The notes: generated by a model from the sequence alone, not told the origin. 64,000 nucleotides of DNA from Oceanicaulis sp. (GCA_043513725.1 CP121338.1:2668838-2732837); one strand, 5' to 3'. Counted from the stretch's first letter, positions 38,405-47,497 are shown. Numbers and translations: made by a program.

Positions 38405-38979
38405 TGGATCGTCTTGAACAGCTTCAGAGCCTGGATGCTCAAGCCGCCGTCAGTGCCTATATGGCTGAGCTTGATCGCGTGCTGGACGCGCGGCGCAAGC
38501 CTGTGCGCGATGACGTCCGGACTGGTGTTGAGGCTCATCTTCTGGAGGCGCTGGACCATGATCCGGCTTCTTCCTTGGACAAGGTCAGTGCGGCGTTAAG
38601 TGCCCTCGGCCCACCAGACAGTTTTGCTCACGACTGGGCCAACGCCGTTGAGGCCCGCTATCCGCAGGGGCGGGTTGAGCTCGGCGCAGCGGCTTTGCGC
38701 GAGCGCCTGGTCCTGATTGGCCGGCTGGCCGCCGTCTGCCTTGGCGTGGTTGTCGGGTTTGCTGGATTGCTAAGCGTTCTGGGGCGGTTAACTGAGCCGG
38801 ACACGTTTGGAGTTTTCCTGCTCGCCGATGGTGAAATCCTGATCGGCACCTGGCAGAGCCATCAGGCCGCGATTGAGCGCGATATTCTGGGGTGGTTCAC
38901 CGCACCGGCATTTGCGCTTCTGGCGGCTCTCGGATTCTTCGGGGCGTGGGTAATGCGGCCCATGGCCACCAAACGGTAA
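38401..38979 (+). CDS. membrane protein partnered with PadR (DUF1700/HAAS-like)
   Basis: 192 aa. The start overlaps the padR stop (ATGA). The N-terminal soluble helical region (..YMAELDRVL....R..V..DV..HLLEAL..) is followed by 2-3 TM helices. Confidence 0.55.
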   Translation: MMDRLEQLQSLDAQAAVSAYMAELDRVLDARRKPVRDDVRTGVEAHLLEALDHDPASSLDKVSAALSALGPPDSFAHDWANAVEARYPQGRVELGAAALRERLVLIGRLAAVCLGVVVGFAGLLSVLGRLTEPDTFGVFLLADGEILIGTWQSHQAAIERDILGWFTAPAFALLAALGFFGAWVMRPMATKR

Positions 38980-39001
38980 CCAAACTCATTCATGGTGTTG
39001 C

Positions 39002-40750
39002 ATGGAAAGTCCGCCAACTGGCAGGCGGGAACATGCATTCATGGACTGGCTCGACAAATACTGGCCCGATGAAAGCCATCAAGACCGGCTGAGCGTTGCC
39101 TCTGGCCGCGCGTTGGCAAGTTTCTGCGTCCTCGCTGGTGCAGGTGGTCTGGTTATCACCTTTCTCAACTTTAATACCATCGGGGAGTATTTCCTCGAGG
39201 TGACGCTGGGCGGCGTCGCGGCGATCCTGTGTCTACTGGCGCCCCTTCTGATTAACGGTAGCAAGCAATTTCAGCTTCGCGGCCGGGCTCTGGAAGCCTT
39301 TGTTGTCGCGTCGCTGGTCTATCTGTCGGTGTCAAACGGGGCGATGTATTCGCCGCCAAACCTCCTGCTGATCACCGCAGTCATGACATTCACACTGGCG
39401 CTGGGAGCCCGCGACGGTGCCGCCGTGCTGGCGGCAACGTGTGCGACCTATGTCTATTGCGGATTTGTCAGTGGTGGCGGGGAATATGGAGGACTGAGTT
39501 CTGAATTCTCCGCCTTCGTGATCGCGGTGGTATTCCTGTGGGTTGGTGCCTCGGTTTTTCGTGCCGAGATGGCCCGCTCCCTTCGCGTGATCGATGCCGA
39601 ACGCGCCAAAGCCGATCAGGCGAATGCTGCAAAGTCTGAATTCCTCGCCAATATGAGCCATGAAATTCGCACGCCGCTAAACGGCGTTCTGGGTATGGCG
39701 ACGGTGCTCGGTGCCACCGAACTCAATCCCGCCCAGCGTCGCGCCGTAACGGTCATCAAGACGTCCGGTACCCACCTTCTTTCCATGCTGAATGACGTAC
39801 TCGACCTGTCCAAGATCGAGGCAGACGAAATGGAGCTGGAGGATATCGAATTTGTGCCGCTGACCCTGATCGAGCGTGTGCGTGATCTCCACGCTCCAAC
39901 GGCCGAAGCTGGAGGGTTGGAGCTCAAACTGACGGTGGCATCCGGGCTGGACCTTGTGGCCGAACGCATGGGTGACCCGACTCGCATCACCCAGGTGCTG
40001 CACAATCTGGTCTCCAACGCGATCAAGTTTACCAGCAAAGGCACGGTGGAAATCGCGATTGCCCCGCTCGCCGGAGCTGAGGGCCTGGCCATCGAGGTGC
40101 GTGACAGCGGATGCGGAATGACCGCAATTCAGGTCGGCAAGATTTTCAAACCCTTCGTGCAGGCGGACAGTTCCACAACCCGCCAATTTGGGGGAACGGG
40201 CCTCGGGCTGGCGATCTGTCAGCAGATCGTGGCGGCCATGGGCGGTGAAATCTCAGTCGAGAGCGAGGTCGACAAGGGCACGACCTTCCGCGTTGAGCTT
40301 CCCTTGCCGAAAGCCCAGACGCGGCAGGCCGAAGTCGAAATCGCCGAACCCGCCGTACCCGCGGGTGATGGCAGCCTTGATGTTCTTGTCGTCGATGACA
40401 GTGCGACGAACCGTCTGGTCGCAGCCGGCTTGCTACGCCCGATCCATGCCAATGTAACTCTGGCTGAAAATGGCGAGCAGGCGATCCATCAGTTCAGATC
40501 CGGCAAGTTCGATCTGGTTTTCATGGATATCCGGATGCCCGGCATGGACGGGTTTCAGGCGCTGGAGGAGCTTCGCAGGCTGGAGGCCCAGTCGCAGGCC
40601 ACGCCAACGCCGGTGATCGCGATGACGGCCAATGTCGCGGGCGCTCAGGTCGAGCAATATCTCAAGGCCGGCTTTGATGATTTTGTGGCCAAGCCCATCG
40701 ATCAGGCCCGCCTTCTCGATGTCGCGCGTCAGCGCGCGGGCGTCGCGTAA
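39002..40750 (+). CDS. hybrid sensor histidine kinase / response regulator
   Basis: N-terminal multi-TM sensor region, then H-box SHEIRTPLNGVLG, N box HNLVSNAIKFT, and G boxes DSGCGM and GGTGLGLAI. The C-terminal receiver has ..DLVFMDIRMPGMDG... An alternative start lies at 39041. Confidence 0.9.
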   Translation: MESPPTGRREHAFMDWLDKYWPDESHQDRLSVASGRALASFCVLAGAGGLVITFLNFNTIGEYFLEVTLGGVAAILCLLAPLLINGSKQFQLRGRALEAFVVASLVYLSVSNGAMYSPPNLLLITAVMTFTLALGARDGAAVLAATCATYVYCGFVSGGGEYGGLSSEFSAFVIAVVFLWVGASVFRAEMARSLRVIDAERAKADQANAAKSEFLANMSHEIRTPLNGVLGMATVLGATELNPAQRRAVTVIKTSGTHLLSMLNDVLDLSKIEADEMELEDIEFVPLTLIERVRDLHAPTAEAGGLELKLTVASGLDLVAERMGDPTRITQVLHNLVSNAIKFTSKGTVEIAIAPLAGAEGLAIEVRDSGCGMTAIQVGKIFKPFVQADSSTTRQFGGTGLGLAICQQIVAAMGGEISVESEVDKGTTFRVELPLPKAQTRQAEVEIAEPAVPAGDGSLDVLVVDDSATNRLVAAGLLRPIHANVTLAENGEQAIHQFRSGKFDLVFMDIRMPGMDGFQALEELRRLEAQSQATPTPVIAMTANVAGAQVEQYLKAGFDDFVAKPIDQARLLDVARQRAGVA

Positions 40751-40969
40751 GGGAAAGGCCGCCAGCATGGTCTGCTGACGGCCTGTCCTCAGTCTTGAAG
40801 ACACACCTAGCGCCGAACATTCAGCGAGATGTCACCGGTGGCCCCTTCGAAGCCGTCCACGGCGCGCAAGGCGTATCGGAGGACCGGTCATTCGAAACGG
40901 GACCTGTCCATTTGCTCAAATTTGGCCGGGGTGCGACACTGACCAACGCATGGGCAGGGGAGGATCATT

Positions 40970-41620
40970 ATGTTGTCGACATTGCTCGCGTCATTCATTG
41001 CGTCTGCGGCGACCAGTCAGGTCACCTTGCCAACACCGTTGATTTGCCCTCCAGCTGAGGATGTATGGTTCGTTGAAGATGAGTTTTCGACCGTACCTAG
41101 ACGATACACGGCCCGCGTGCGCAACAATGAAGAGGCCTATGGCGCTCAGCGCTCGACGATGTCCCGACTGACGGCGACGGCTAGACGTGACCGCGCCCGC
41201 GGTCGCGAGCCATCAAACGCCATGGCCCGACCTCAGGTGCCCATGATGCTGACGCATACCGGCGCAGCCTTCGCAGATCATTCCAAGTTGGAAAACGCGC
41301 CTCCGGTGATCGCAGCAGCCTACTTTTGGGATGTGAGCGCGAGCTCTGACCTGACATCAATCAACTGTCGCTACGCGCTGGAAGGCACTGCGCTTGATGT
41401 CTTTGACCAGCCAGTTGCGATCGGCAGCCTGCCGCCCAATCTGCAGAATTGCGTCGCCCCTGAAGAGCCGGACTATGTGCTTGTGAACGACCAGGTCGTC
41501 GAGAACGAGCAGATATGGATACAGGGCGGCGGCGCCAACGACAGCTTTTACTGCCGGGCTGGCCGTGTGGCGTGCAGCTTCACCTGTTCGAACATGCAGA
41601 TCCTCGAGAGCTGGGATTAG
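40970..41620 (+). CDS. hypothetical exported protein
   Basis: 216 aa with GGGAGGA upstream of the ATG. N-terminal signal-like MLSTLLASFIASAATSQ, and several Cys near the C-terminus. No recognised domain. Confidence 0.5.
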   Translation: MLSTLLASFIASAATSQVTLPTPLICPPAEDVWFVEDEFSTVPRRYTARVRNNEEAYGAQRSTMSRLTATARRDRARGREPSNAMARPQVPMMLTHTGAAFADHSKLENAPPVIAAAYFWDVSASSDLTSINCRYALEGTALDVFDQPVAIGSLPPNLQNCVAPEEPDYVLVNDQVVENEQIWIQGGGANDSFYCRAGRVACSFTCSNMQILESWD

Positions 41621-41644
41621 GCCATTAATCGAGCCAGATGCTGG

Positions 41645-41985
41645 ATGGATAGTGGGGGCTTCTGTTGCCAGGCGCCCCCGAACCCCGCCTGACCTTGCTA
41701 GAGATCAGGACTTAAAAGCGAGATACCCGCACTGCTTACGCAGCGAGAGCCACCTCTTCAGCGTAGTTGTCGTTTGCAACTATCAAAATCGGGCTGGTAT
41801 CGAAGCCCATTCGGGCGAAAGCTACGTCTTTACCCATCTGTCGATCCTATTCGGCCCCTCACGCCTCGCCAAACGAACGAGGAAGATTGGTGGAGCCGCC
41901 GGGATTCGCACCCGGGTCCAGTCTGGTTATTACACGCGCGTTTATCGCCATAGTCCGCCGAAGCGCACATCGGTAATATAGGTGA
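41645..41985 (-). ncRNA. ssrA: two-piece (circularly permuted) tmRNA gene, alpha-proteobacterial type; outer boundaries approximate
   Basis: On the minus strand the acceptor piece ends ..CCGGGTGCGAATCCCGGCGGCTCCACCA, with the CCA end at 41888. About 30 nt downstream the coding piece starts GGGGCCGAATAGGATCGAC at 41858. GGGGCCG pairs with CGGCTCC, giving a G3:U pair. The tag ORF is GCA AAC GAC AAC TAC GCT GAA GAG GTG GCT CTC GCT GCG TAA, which reads ANDNYAEEVALAA. Confidence 0.85.
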
Positions 41986-42023
41986 TTGCGGGGCGGTTTT
42001 AAACCAGTGGGCTCAGACCGGGT

Positions 42024-43034
42024 TCAAAGCACGATCAACAGGATCAGACCGATCGCGACGAAAAGAAAGCTGATCGCATAGCAAAAGAAAAGGATGAATA
42101 CCCGCAAGCTGGCCCCCCACCAACTGCTGGCGTACACCTTTCGATCCGCACGCCAGACCAGATAGAGCACACTGATCAGCCCTAGGACGCCAAGCGCGAT
42201 GCTCGGCCCGATATGGAGCGATTGCGCATAAATCGAGGCCACCGCTGACGCCAGGATCACCGGCAGGGCGGCAGCGTGAATATAGAGGCTGTGAATGACG
42301 TGAGTGATGAGCCGGGCCTGTGGGTGAAGGACCAGGTTCAGCAACGCAAAAATGATCACCATGACCAGCACGGCCTGGTTCAGGGCCAGATTGGCCTGAC
42401 GCTCGACGCCTGCCGGGTCGCGCGCGATGCGCACCGCCAGCCCAATATAGCCGCCCCTCTCGAGCGCTTCAGCCTCGGTCTCGGGAAAGGGCTCTCCAGA
42501 TATATCATCATCAGCTTCAAGCGCCTCGGCGGCAGCACGAACCTGCTCCCAGCTGAGAGGGCTGGGTTCAGGCTTCCAGGGCGGTCGGAACAGGGTCAGG
42601 TAGACGCTCAACGGGTCAACATTCAGTCCCGCCAGCGCTTCGGTTTGCTCAATCGCCAGGTCAGACTGATTCCCACTAGTCAGGCCCAGTGGTGTGATGC
42701 CCGAAACCTGAAACCCGATAACAAACACCAGAGCTGAGAGTACATAAATCCTGATCGGCGGGGTGAAGGAGTGTCGCCGATCGTCCAGAAAGCCCCGCGT
42801 GGCCAGACCGGGTGTCCTGAACAGCCCGATCACGGTTTGCCAGAAGAGTTCATCAAGGCTGAAGAAGCCATCAAGGAAGTCTTTGGCAAGGGCTTGGGCG
42901 GGACGGTTCAGGCTGGTCCGGCTTTGCCCACACTCGCCACAATACTGGCCCGAAAGCGGCGCGCCGCAGTTCGAGCAGGTGTCAGCCTTTGAGGGCTGCT
43001 GGTCTTGGTTGGAGCCCGGCGTCAGATCAGTCAT
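42024..43034 (-). CDS. DUF3667-like membrane protein with N-terminal zinc ribbon
   Basis: MTDLTPGS...CSNCGAPLSGQYCGECGQ.. (CxxC-N8-CxxC), followed by several TM helices. ATG at 43032-43034. Confidence 0.7.
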   Translation of the reverse strand: MTDLTPGSNQDQQPSKADTCSNCGAPLSGQYCGECGQSRTSLNRPAQALAKDFLDGFFSLDELFWQTVIGLFRTPGLATRGFLDDRRHSFTPPIRIYVLSALVFVIGFQVSGITPLGLTSGNQSDLAIEQTEALAGLNVDPLSVYLTLFRPPWKPEPSPLSWEQVRAAAEALEADDDISGEPFPETEAEALERGGYIGLAVRIARDPAGVERQANLALNQAVLVMVIIFALLNLVLHPQARLITHVIHSLYIHAAALPVILASAVASIYAQSLHIGPSIALGVLGLISVLYLVWRADRKVYASSWWGASLRVFILFFCYAISFLFVAIGLILLIVL

Positions 43035-43090
43035 GGGCCAAGTCTTGATGGGCTCGAGCCCGGAGGCAATGGCAAAGTCATGACAAAACA

Positions 43091-43123
43091 AAACGGCCGG
43101 GCTCCACTGAGCCCGGCCGTTTA
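43091..43123 (-). terminator. intrinsic terminator of hflKC
   Basis: The minus strand reads AAACGGCCGGGCTC-agtgg-AGCCCGGCCGTTTTGTTTTG, 25 nt after the hflC stop. Confidence 0.75.
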
Positions 43124-43147
43124 TGTCTTCGTTGGGTCTTCAGGGGC

Positions 43148-44038
43148 CTAGTTGTCGGCCTGAGACGTGGAGCTCCGGAAGTAGCGGAAGAATTCGGAGT
43201 CCGGCGGGACCACGATGGGTGTGCCATCGCGAATGGCCGTCTCGTAGGCCACCATGGACCGATAGAAAGCGAAGAATTCGCGATCCTGGCCGTAGGCTGC
43301 CGCGTAGATCCGGTTTCGCTGGGCATCACCTTCACCGCGGATGCGCTCTGCTTCGGCGCGGGCGTTGGCCAGAAGCACCGTGGCTTCCCTGTCTGCACCA
43401 GCGCGGATTTCACGGGCGCGTTCTTCACCTTCGGCGCGGATGCGCGAGGCTTCCTGTTCACGCTCGGACCGCATCCGCTGGAAGACGCGTTCTTCCACAT
43501 CGTCAGGAAGGTCGGCGCGCAGGATCCGCACATCAATGACCTCAATGCCAAGATTGGCGCGATCAACGGCTCCGGCAACGGACGTTTCCACGCGGTCCAT
43601 GAGCTCGGCGCGCTGGCCGGAGATCACTTCCTGCGAGGGGATCGAGCCGACCACAGCACGCAGAGCGTCTTCCATGATGGTCGACAGGCGAACCCGGGCT
43701 CCGGTTTCGGTACGAACCGTCTGGTAAAATTGCAGCGGGCTATCGATGCGATAGCGCAGGAAGGCGTCCACATCCAGACGTTCCTGGTCACCGGCCTGCA
43801 GCTGCTGCGGGCGCATGTTGAATTCGACATTTCGCTTGTCGAACTTGATGGTTTCTTCCCACGGCAGCTTAAAGTGAAGACCCGGGTCTTCATTGCCGGC
43901 GCGATTGATTTCGCGCACCGGTTCACCGAAGCGCAGCACAATTGCCGATTCCGTTTCGCTGACCGTGTATGTCGCGGTGGCTGCGCCAATGACGCCGCCG
44001 CCGAGAAGAACGATTATGAGAATTGTCAGAAGGCGCAT
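43148..44038 (-). CDS. hflC: protease modulator HflC
   Basis: 296 aa with an N-terminal TM and an SPFH/band-7 domain. Immediately downstream of hflK. Confidence 0.9.
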   Translation of the reverse strand: MRLLTILIIVLLGGGVIGAATATYTVSETESAIVLRFGEPVREINRAGNEDPGLHFKLPWEETIKFDKRNVEFNMRPQQLQAGDQERLDVDAFLRYRIDSPLQFYQTVRTETGARVRLSTIMEDALRAVVGSIPSQEVISGQRAELMDRVETSVAGAVDRANLGIEVIDVRILRADLPDDVEERVFQRMRSEREQEASRIRAEGEERAREIRAGADREATVLLANARAEAERIRGEGDAQRNRIYAAAYGQDREFFAFYRSMVAYETAIRDGTPIVVPPDSEFFRYFRSSTSQADN

Positions 44039-44041
44039 GGG

Positions 44042-45205
44042 TTATCCTCCCTGTCCGGAACCGGCCGCGTCGCTGCGCGGGCCACGAGTTTGGCCTAGGC
44101 GATCAAGCGGCAGGTAGGGAACTGCCCCGTTGCCCTGTTGATCAAGGATAATCAGCTCAGAGCGACCGAGCACCCGTTCCATGGTCTCAAGGAACATACG
44201 CTCCCGTGTCACTTCAGGGGCTTGTGCATACTCGGTATAGATCGAGTTGAAGCGATCAGCCTGACCTTCCGCTTCGGCGACCACCTGATCACGATAACCG
44301 CGCGCCTCCTCAAGGAGGCGAACCGCGTCACCGCGTGCTTCAGGGACAACCCGGTTAGCATAGGCCGTTGCCTGCAGCGCGTTACGCTCTGCGTCCTGGT
44401 CTGCGGAGATGACGTCCTGGAAGGCTTCAATCACGTCGCTCGGCGGCGAAGCTTCCTGAAGGTTCAGCGCTACAATGATGATGCCGGATTCATAGCTGTC
44501 GAGCGTTGCCTGAACGATTTCCTCGGCGCGCTGGGTGACTTCACCCCGGCCACCGGAAATAATCGGCTGCAAGTCGGAAGTACCAACGACTTCACGCATC
44601 GCGCTTTCAGCGATGGAGCGGACAGTTTCGCGCTGATCACGCACGTTAAACACATAGTCGTTAACGCGGGCCGGATCGATCTGCCACTGAACGGTGAAGG
44701 AGATGTCCACGATGTTTTCATCGCGCGTCACCATAAGGGCTTCCTGGGCGCTGGCACCGATCGTGATGTCACGGATCTGGCGCACATCTTCGATCTGCAC
44801 GGTCTCAATTGGATAAGGCAGCTTGAAGCGAAGGCCCGCGCCGGCTGTACGCTTGTACTCGCCAAAGCGCTGGACGACGCCGGCTTCACCGGGGCCGACC
44901 TGATAGACAGACGCCAGCAGCAGTACGATCAGGGCACCAATCGCGACGATAATGCCGAGAAAGCCGCCGCCCTTGCCACCTTTGGAGCCACGGCCACCGC
45001 CGCCGCCGCCCATCATGCCACGCAGCCAGTTCTGGAGCCGGCGGACCAGCTCGTCCAGATCGGGCTCCTGACCCCCGCCGCCGGGACCACGCCCGCCGCC
45101 ATTGGGGCCACGGCCCCAGGGGTTTTGACCATTATTGTTGCCGCCGCCGCCGGAGCCCCAAGGGCCTCCGCCACCGCCGCCACTCGAATTGTCATTCCAG
45201 GGCAT
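44042..45205 (-). CDS. hflK: FtsH protease modulator HflK
   Basis: 387 aa with a Gly-rich N-terminus (MPWNDNSSGGGGGGPWG..), a TM and an SPFH domain. Confidence 0.9.
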   Translation of the reverse strand: MPWNDNSSGGGGGGPWGSGGGGNNNGQNPWGRGPNGGGRGPGGGGQEPDLDELVRRLQNWLRGMMGGGGGGRGSKGGKGGGFLGIIVAIGALIVLLLASVYQVGPGEAGVVQRFGEYKRTAGAGLRFKLPYPIETVQIEDVRQIRDITIGASAQEALMVTRDENIVDISFTVQWQIDPARVNDYVFNVRDQRETVRSIAESAMREVVGTSDLQPIISGGRGEVTQRAEEIVQATLDSYESGIIIVALNLQEASPPSDVIEAFQDVISADQDAERNALQATAYANRVVPEARGDAVRLLEEARGYRDQVVAEAEGQADRFNSIYTEYAQAPEVTRERMFLETMERVLGRSELIILDQQGNGAVPYLPLDRLGQTRGPRSDAAGSGQGG

Positions 45206-45296
45206 ATGCTCCCCGCTATTAGGATTGTTCTCACACGCGAATGCGCTTGGGTTGATACTTGGCGGTTTAGCCGGATGGGTTCAAGTAAAACCGCTT

Positions 45297-45818
45297 TTAA
45301 GTCGCAGCCACGCGATCGAGGATGCGCACTACAAACCCCGCGTCGTCACCGGGTTGAGCCGCAAAACGTGTGGCGGACACCTCTTTCCACTGCGCTGGAT
45401 CGAGCGCCGGGAAGTGCGCATCGCCCTCTGGCTCAAGATCGACCTCGGTCAGATAAATGCGCTCGGTCAGAGGCAGGAGATCAGCATAGAGCCGGGCTCC
45501 CCCGATCAGGGAGACTTCGTCAACGCCAGCCTCAAGCGCGGCAGTGCGCGCCGCGATGAGAGCTGAGCTGGTGTCGGCAAAGACGTGCGCGCCCTCAGCC
45601 TCAGCCAAAGAGCCACTGACGACCAGATTGGCACGGCCGGGCAGGGGCTTTCGCGGCAGGCTGTCCCAGGTCTTGCGCCCCATCACCACTGGCTTGCCCA
45701 GGGTCGTGGCCTTGAAGTTCTTCAGGTCGGACGGGATGCGCCACGGCAGATCCCCTTTGCGGCCAATCACGCCGTTTCTGGCCACCGCGACAACGGCGGC
45801 GAGTTTCGGCGCGCTCAT
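45297..45818 (-). CDS. folA: dihydrofolate reductase
   Basis: 173 aa. ..VAVARNGVIGRKGDLPWRIPSDLKNFKATTLGKPVVMGRKTWDSLP..PLPGR.NLVVS... Confidence 0.9.
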   Translation of the reverse strand: MSAPKLAAVVAVARNGVIGRKGDLPWRIPSDLKNFKATTLGKPVVMGRKTWDSLPRKPLPGRANLVVSGSLAEAEGAHVFADTSSALIAARTAALEAGVDEVSLIGGARLYADLLPLTERIYLTEVDLEPEGDAHFPALDPAQWKEVSATRFAAQPGDDAGFVVRILDRVAAT

Positions 45819-46024
45819 CGATTCAGCTCACGACACGTGTAGGGGTAGCAGCACTGATGGGAGGCGATGTGCCACTCTCCCCCGTTTCGTTCACAACTGA
45901 GAATTTGCCGTTTGAGCGGGCTTGGTCCTGAAATGTGGATGATCGCAAACACAATTATGGCGATAGCTGACAGAATGGTGCCGACAAGGGGCGTCCTGAA
46001 GATTATGGCGCGCAGGTCCTTCAC
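45815..46024 (-). CDS. hypothetical small membrane protein with Cys-rich C-terminus, wedged between thyA and folA
   Basis: 69 codons. The GTG start overlaps the stop of the thyA C-terminal frame (GTGA), and its stop overlaps the folA ATG (ATGA). It has one TM ([19 protein letters not shown]) and the tail [21 protein letters not shown]. Confidence 0.45.
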   Translation of the reverse strand: MKDLRAIIFRTPLVGTILSAIAIIVFAIIHISGPSPLKRQILSCERNGGEWHIASHQCCYPYTCRELNR

Positions 46025-46864
46025 ACCGCCACCGGAGCGCTGATCCGCGGATGGGGATCATAGCCCTCAATCGTGATGTCTTCGTATTCAAACGCGAACA
46101 GGTCTTTGACCTCCGGATTGAGCTTCAGGCTCGGCAGCGCGCGCGGCGTGCGCGAGAGCTGTTCAGCTCACCTGGTCCATATGGTTGGCGTAGATGTGCG
46201 CGTCACCGAAGGTGTGCACGTATTCGCCCGGCTCATAGCCCGTGGCCTGCGCCACCATGGCCAGTAACAGCGCATAGCTCGCGATATTGAACGGCACGCC
46301 CAGGAACATGTCCGCGCTGCGCTGGTAAAGCTGCAGGTGAAGACGGCCACCCAGCACCTTGAACTGGAACAGGGTGTGGCAGGGCGGCAGCGCCATGGAG
46401 GGCACATCGGCCGGGTTCCAGGCGCTGATCACGTGGCGACGGCTGTCGGGGCTCGTCTTGATCTGCTCGATCAGGGTGGCGAGCTGGTCAATCTCCTCGC
46501 CGTTGGGGCCTTCCCAGCGCCGCCACTGCTTACCATAGACCGGGCCAAGCTCGCCGTTTTCATCGGCCCACTCGTCCCAGATCTTGACCCCGCGCTCCTG
46601 TAGCCAGCGCACATTGGTCATGCCCTTGATGAACCAGAGCAGCTCCACCGCGATGGATTTGAAGTGGACTTTCTTGGTGGTCAGAAGCGGAAAGCCATCG
46701 GCCAGATCACAGCGGATCTGGCGGCCAAACACACCGCGCGTCCCGGTGCCCGTGCGATCGGTCTGGTCATCGCCATGGTCGAGAATATCGCGCAGCAGCT
46801 CCAGATAGGCCTGCTCGATCGGTGAGCCGACATCGCGGGAAGGGGCAGGGTGGGCAAGGGCCAT
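46021..46864 (-). pseudogene. thyA: thymidylate synthase ThyA interrupted by a single-nucleotide frameshift (or an assembly indel)
   Basis: The frame from ATG 46862-46864 (GGAGG upstream) gives ..[41 protein letters not shown]-stop at 46163-46165. The adjacent frame continues [48 protein letters not shown]-stop at 46021-46023. One surplus base near 46168 separates the two. Confidence 0.85.
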
Positions 46865-47046
46865 GGCGGCCTCCGTCTGGCTTCGGCCATAACAATAGCG
46901 CGCCCGCCGATTCGCGACACCTTCGTTAAGATTTAACTTGCGCAATCCCTGTGGATATGAGCCAATTCGAGCAGAACATAAAATGAACATTGGGCATGTG
47001 GCGTATGGTGTGCTGCAGCCCACCGTACAGGACAGGAGAGTTCGAC

Positions 47047-47430
47047 ATGATCGGCTATGTGACCATCGGGACCAATGACATTGAAAAGGCCGCGCCCTTC
47101 TACGACACGATCGCCAGGCTGATGGATACCCCGCGCATGATGGAGGATGAGAATTTCATCGCCTGGGGCACCATGGATGGCGGGGCCGGGATCGGCCTGA
47201 CCAAGCCGTTTGACGGCAACCCGGCGACGGTGGGCAATGGCGTGATGGTCGCGCTGCTGGCCCGCGATCCAGACCACGTCAACGAGATCTACGAAGCCGC
47301 CATCGCCGCGGGTGGCACCGATGAAGGCAAGCCCGGCCTGCGCGGCGGCGGCTTCTACGCCGGCTATTTCCGCGACCTGGATGGCAACAAATTAAACGCT
47401 TTTTGTATGGGCGCTGAAGAAGAGGAATAG
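47047..47430 (+). CDS. VOC (glyoxalase/bleomycin-resistance/dioxygenase) family protein
   Basis: 127 aa from the ATG at 47047 (AGGAGA upstream). [20 protein letters not shown]......[14 protein letters not shown]. Confidence 0.8.
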   Translation: MIGYVTIGTNDIEKAAPFYDTIARLMDTPRMMEDENFIAWGTMDGGAGIGLTKPFDGNPATVGNGVMVALLARDPDHVNEIYEAAIAAGGTDEGKPGLRGGGFYAGYFRDLDGNKLNAFCMGAEEEE

Positions 47431-47497
47431 GGGGCAGGCGGCGCAGTTGAGGCTGGCTGCGCCGCATACCTCACGGCTCCCGCATGAATAGCGCGCC

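Noticed and set aside
40795-41058. 87-aa plus-strand ORF
   Set aside because: It has no RBS and overlaps the better-supported gene starting at 40970, which has a strong GGGAGGA. It is probably non-coding leader.
41565-41981. 138-aa and 69-aa plus-strand ORFs
   Set aside because: They lie across the tmRNA gene on the opposite strand and are spurious translations of a structured RNA locus.
44950-45190. Runs of GGN/CCN repeats that could look like a tandem repeat or array
   Set aside because: They are the coding sequence for the Gly-rich N-terminus of HflK. There is no spacer/repeat periodicity, so this is not a CRISPR array.
44138-45559. 473-aa ORF on the plus strand
   Set aside because: It is antisense to hflK and folA, both confidently identified. 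It is a shadow ORF created by GC3 bias.
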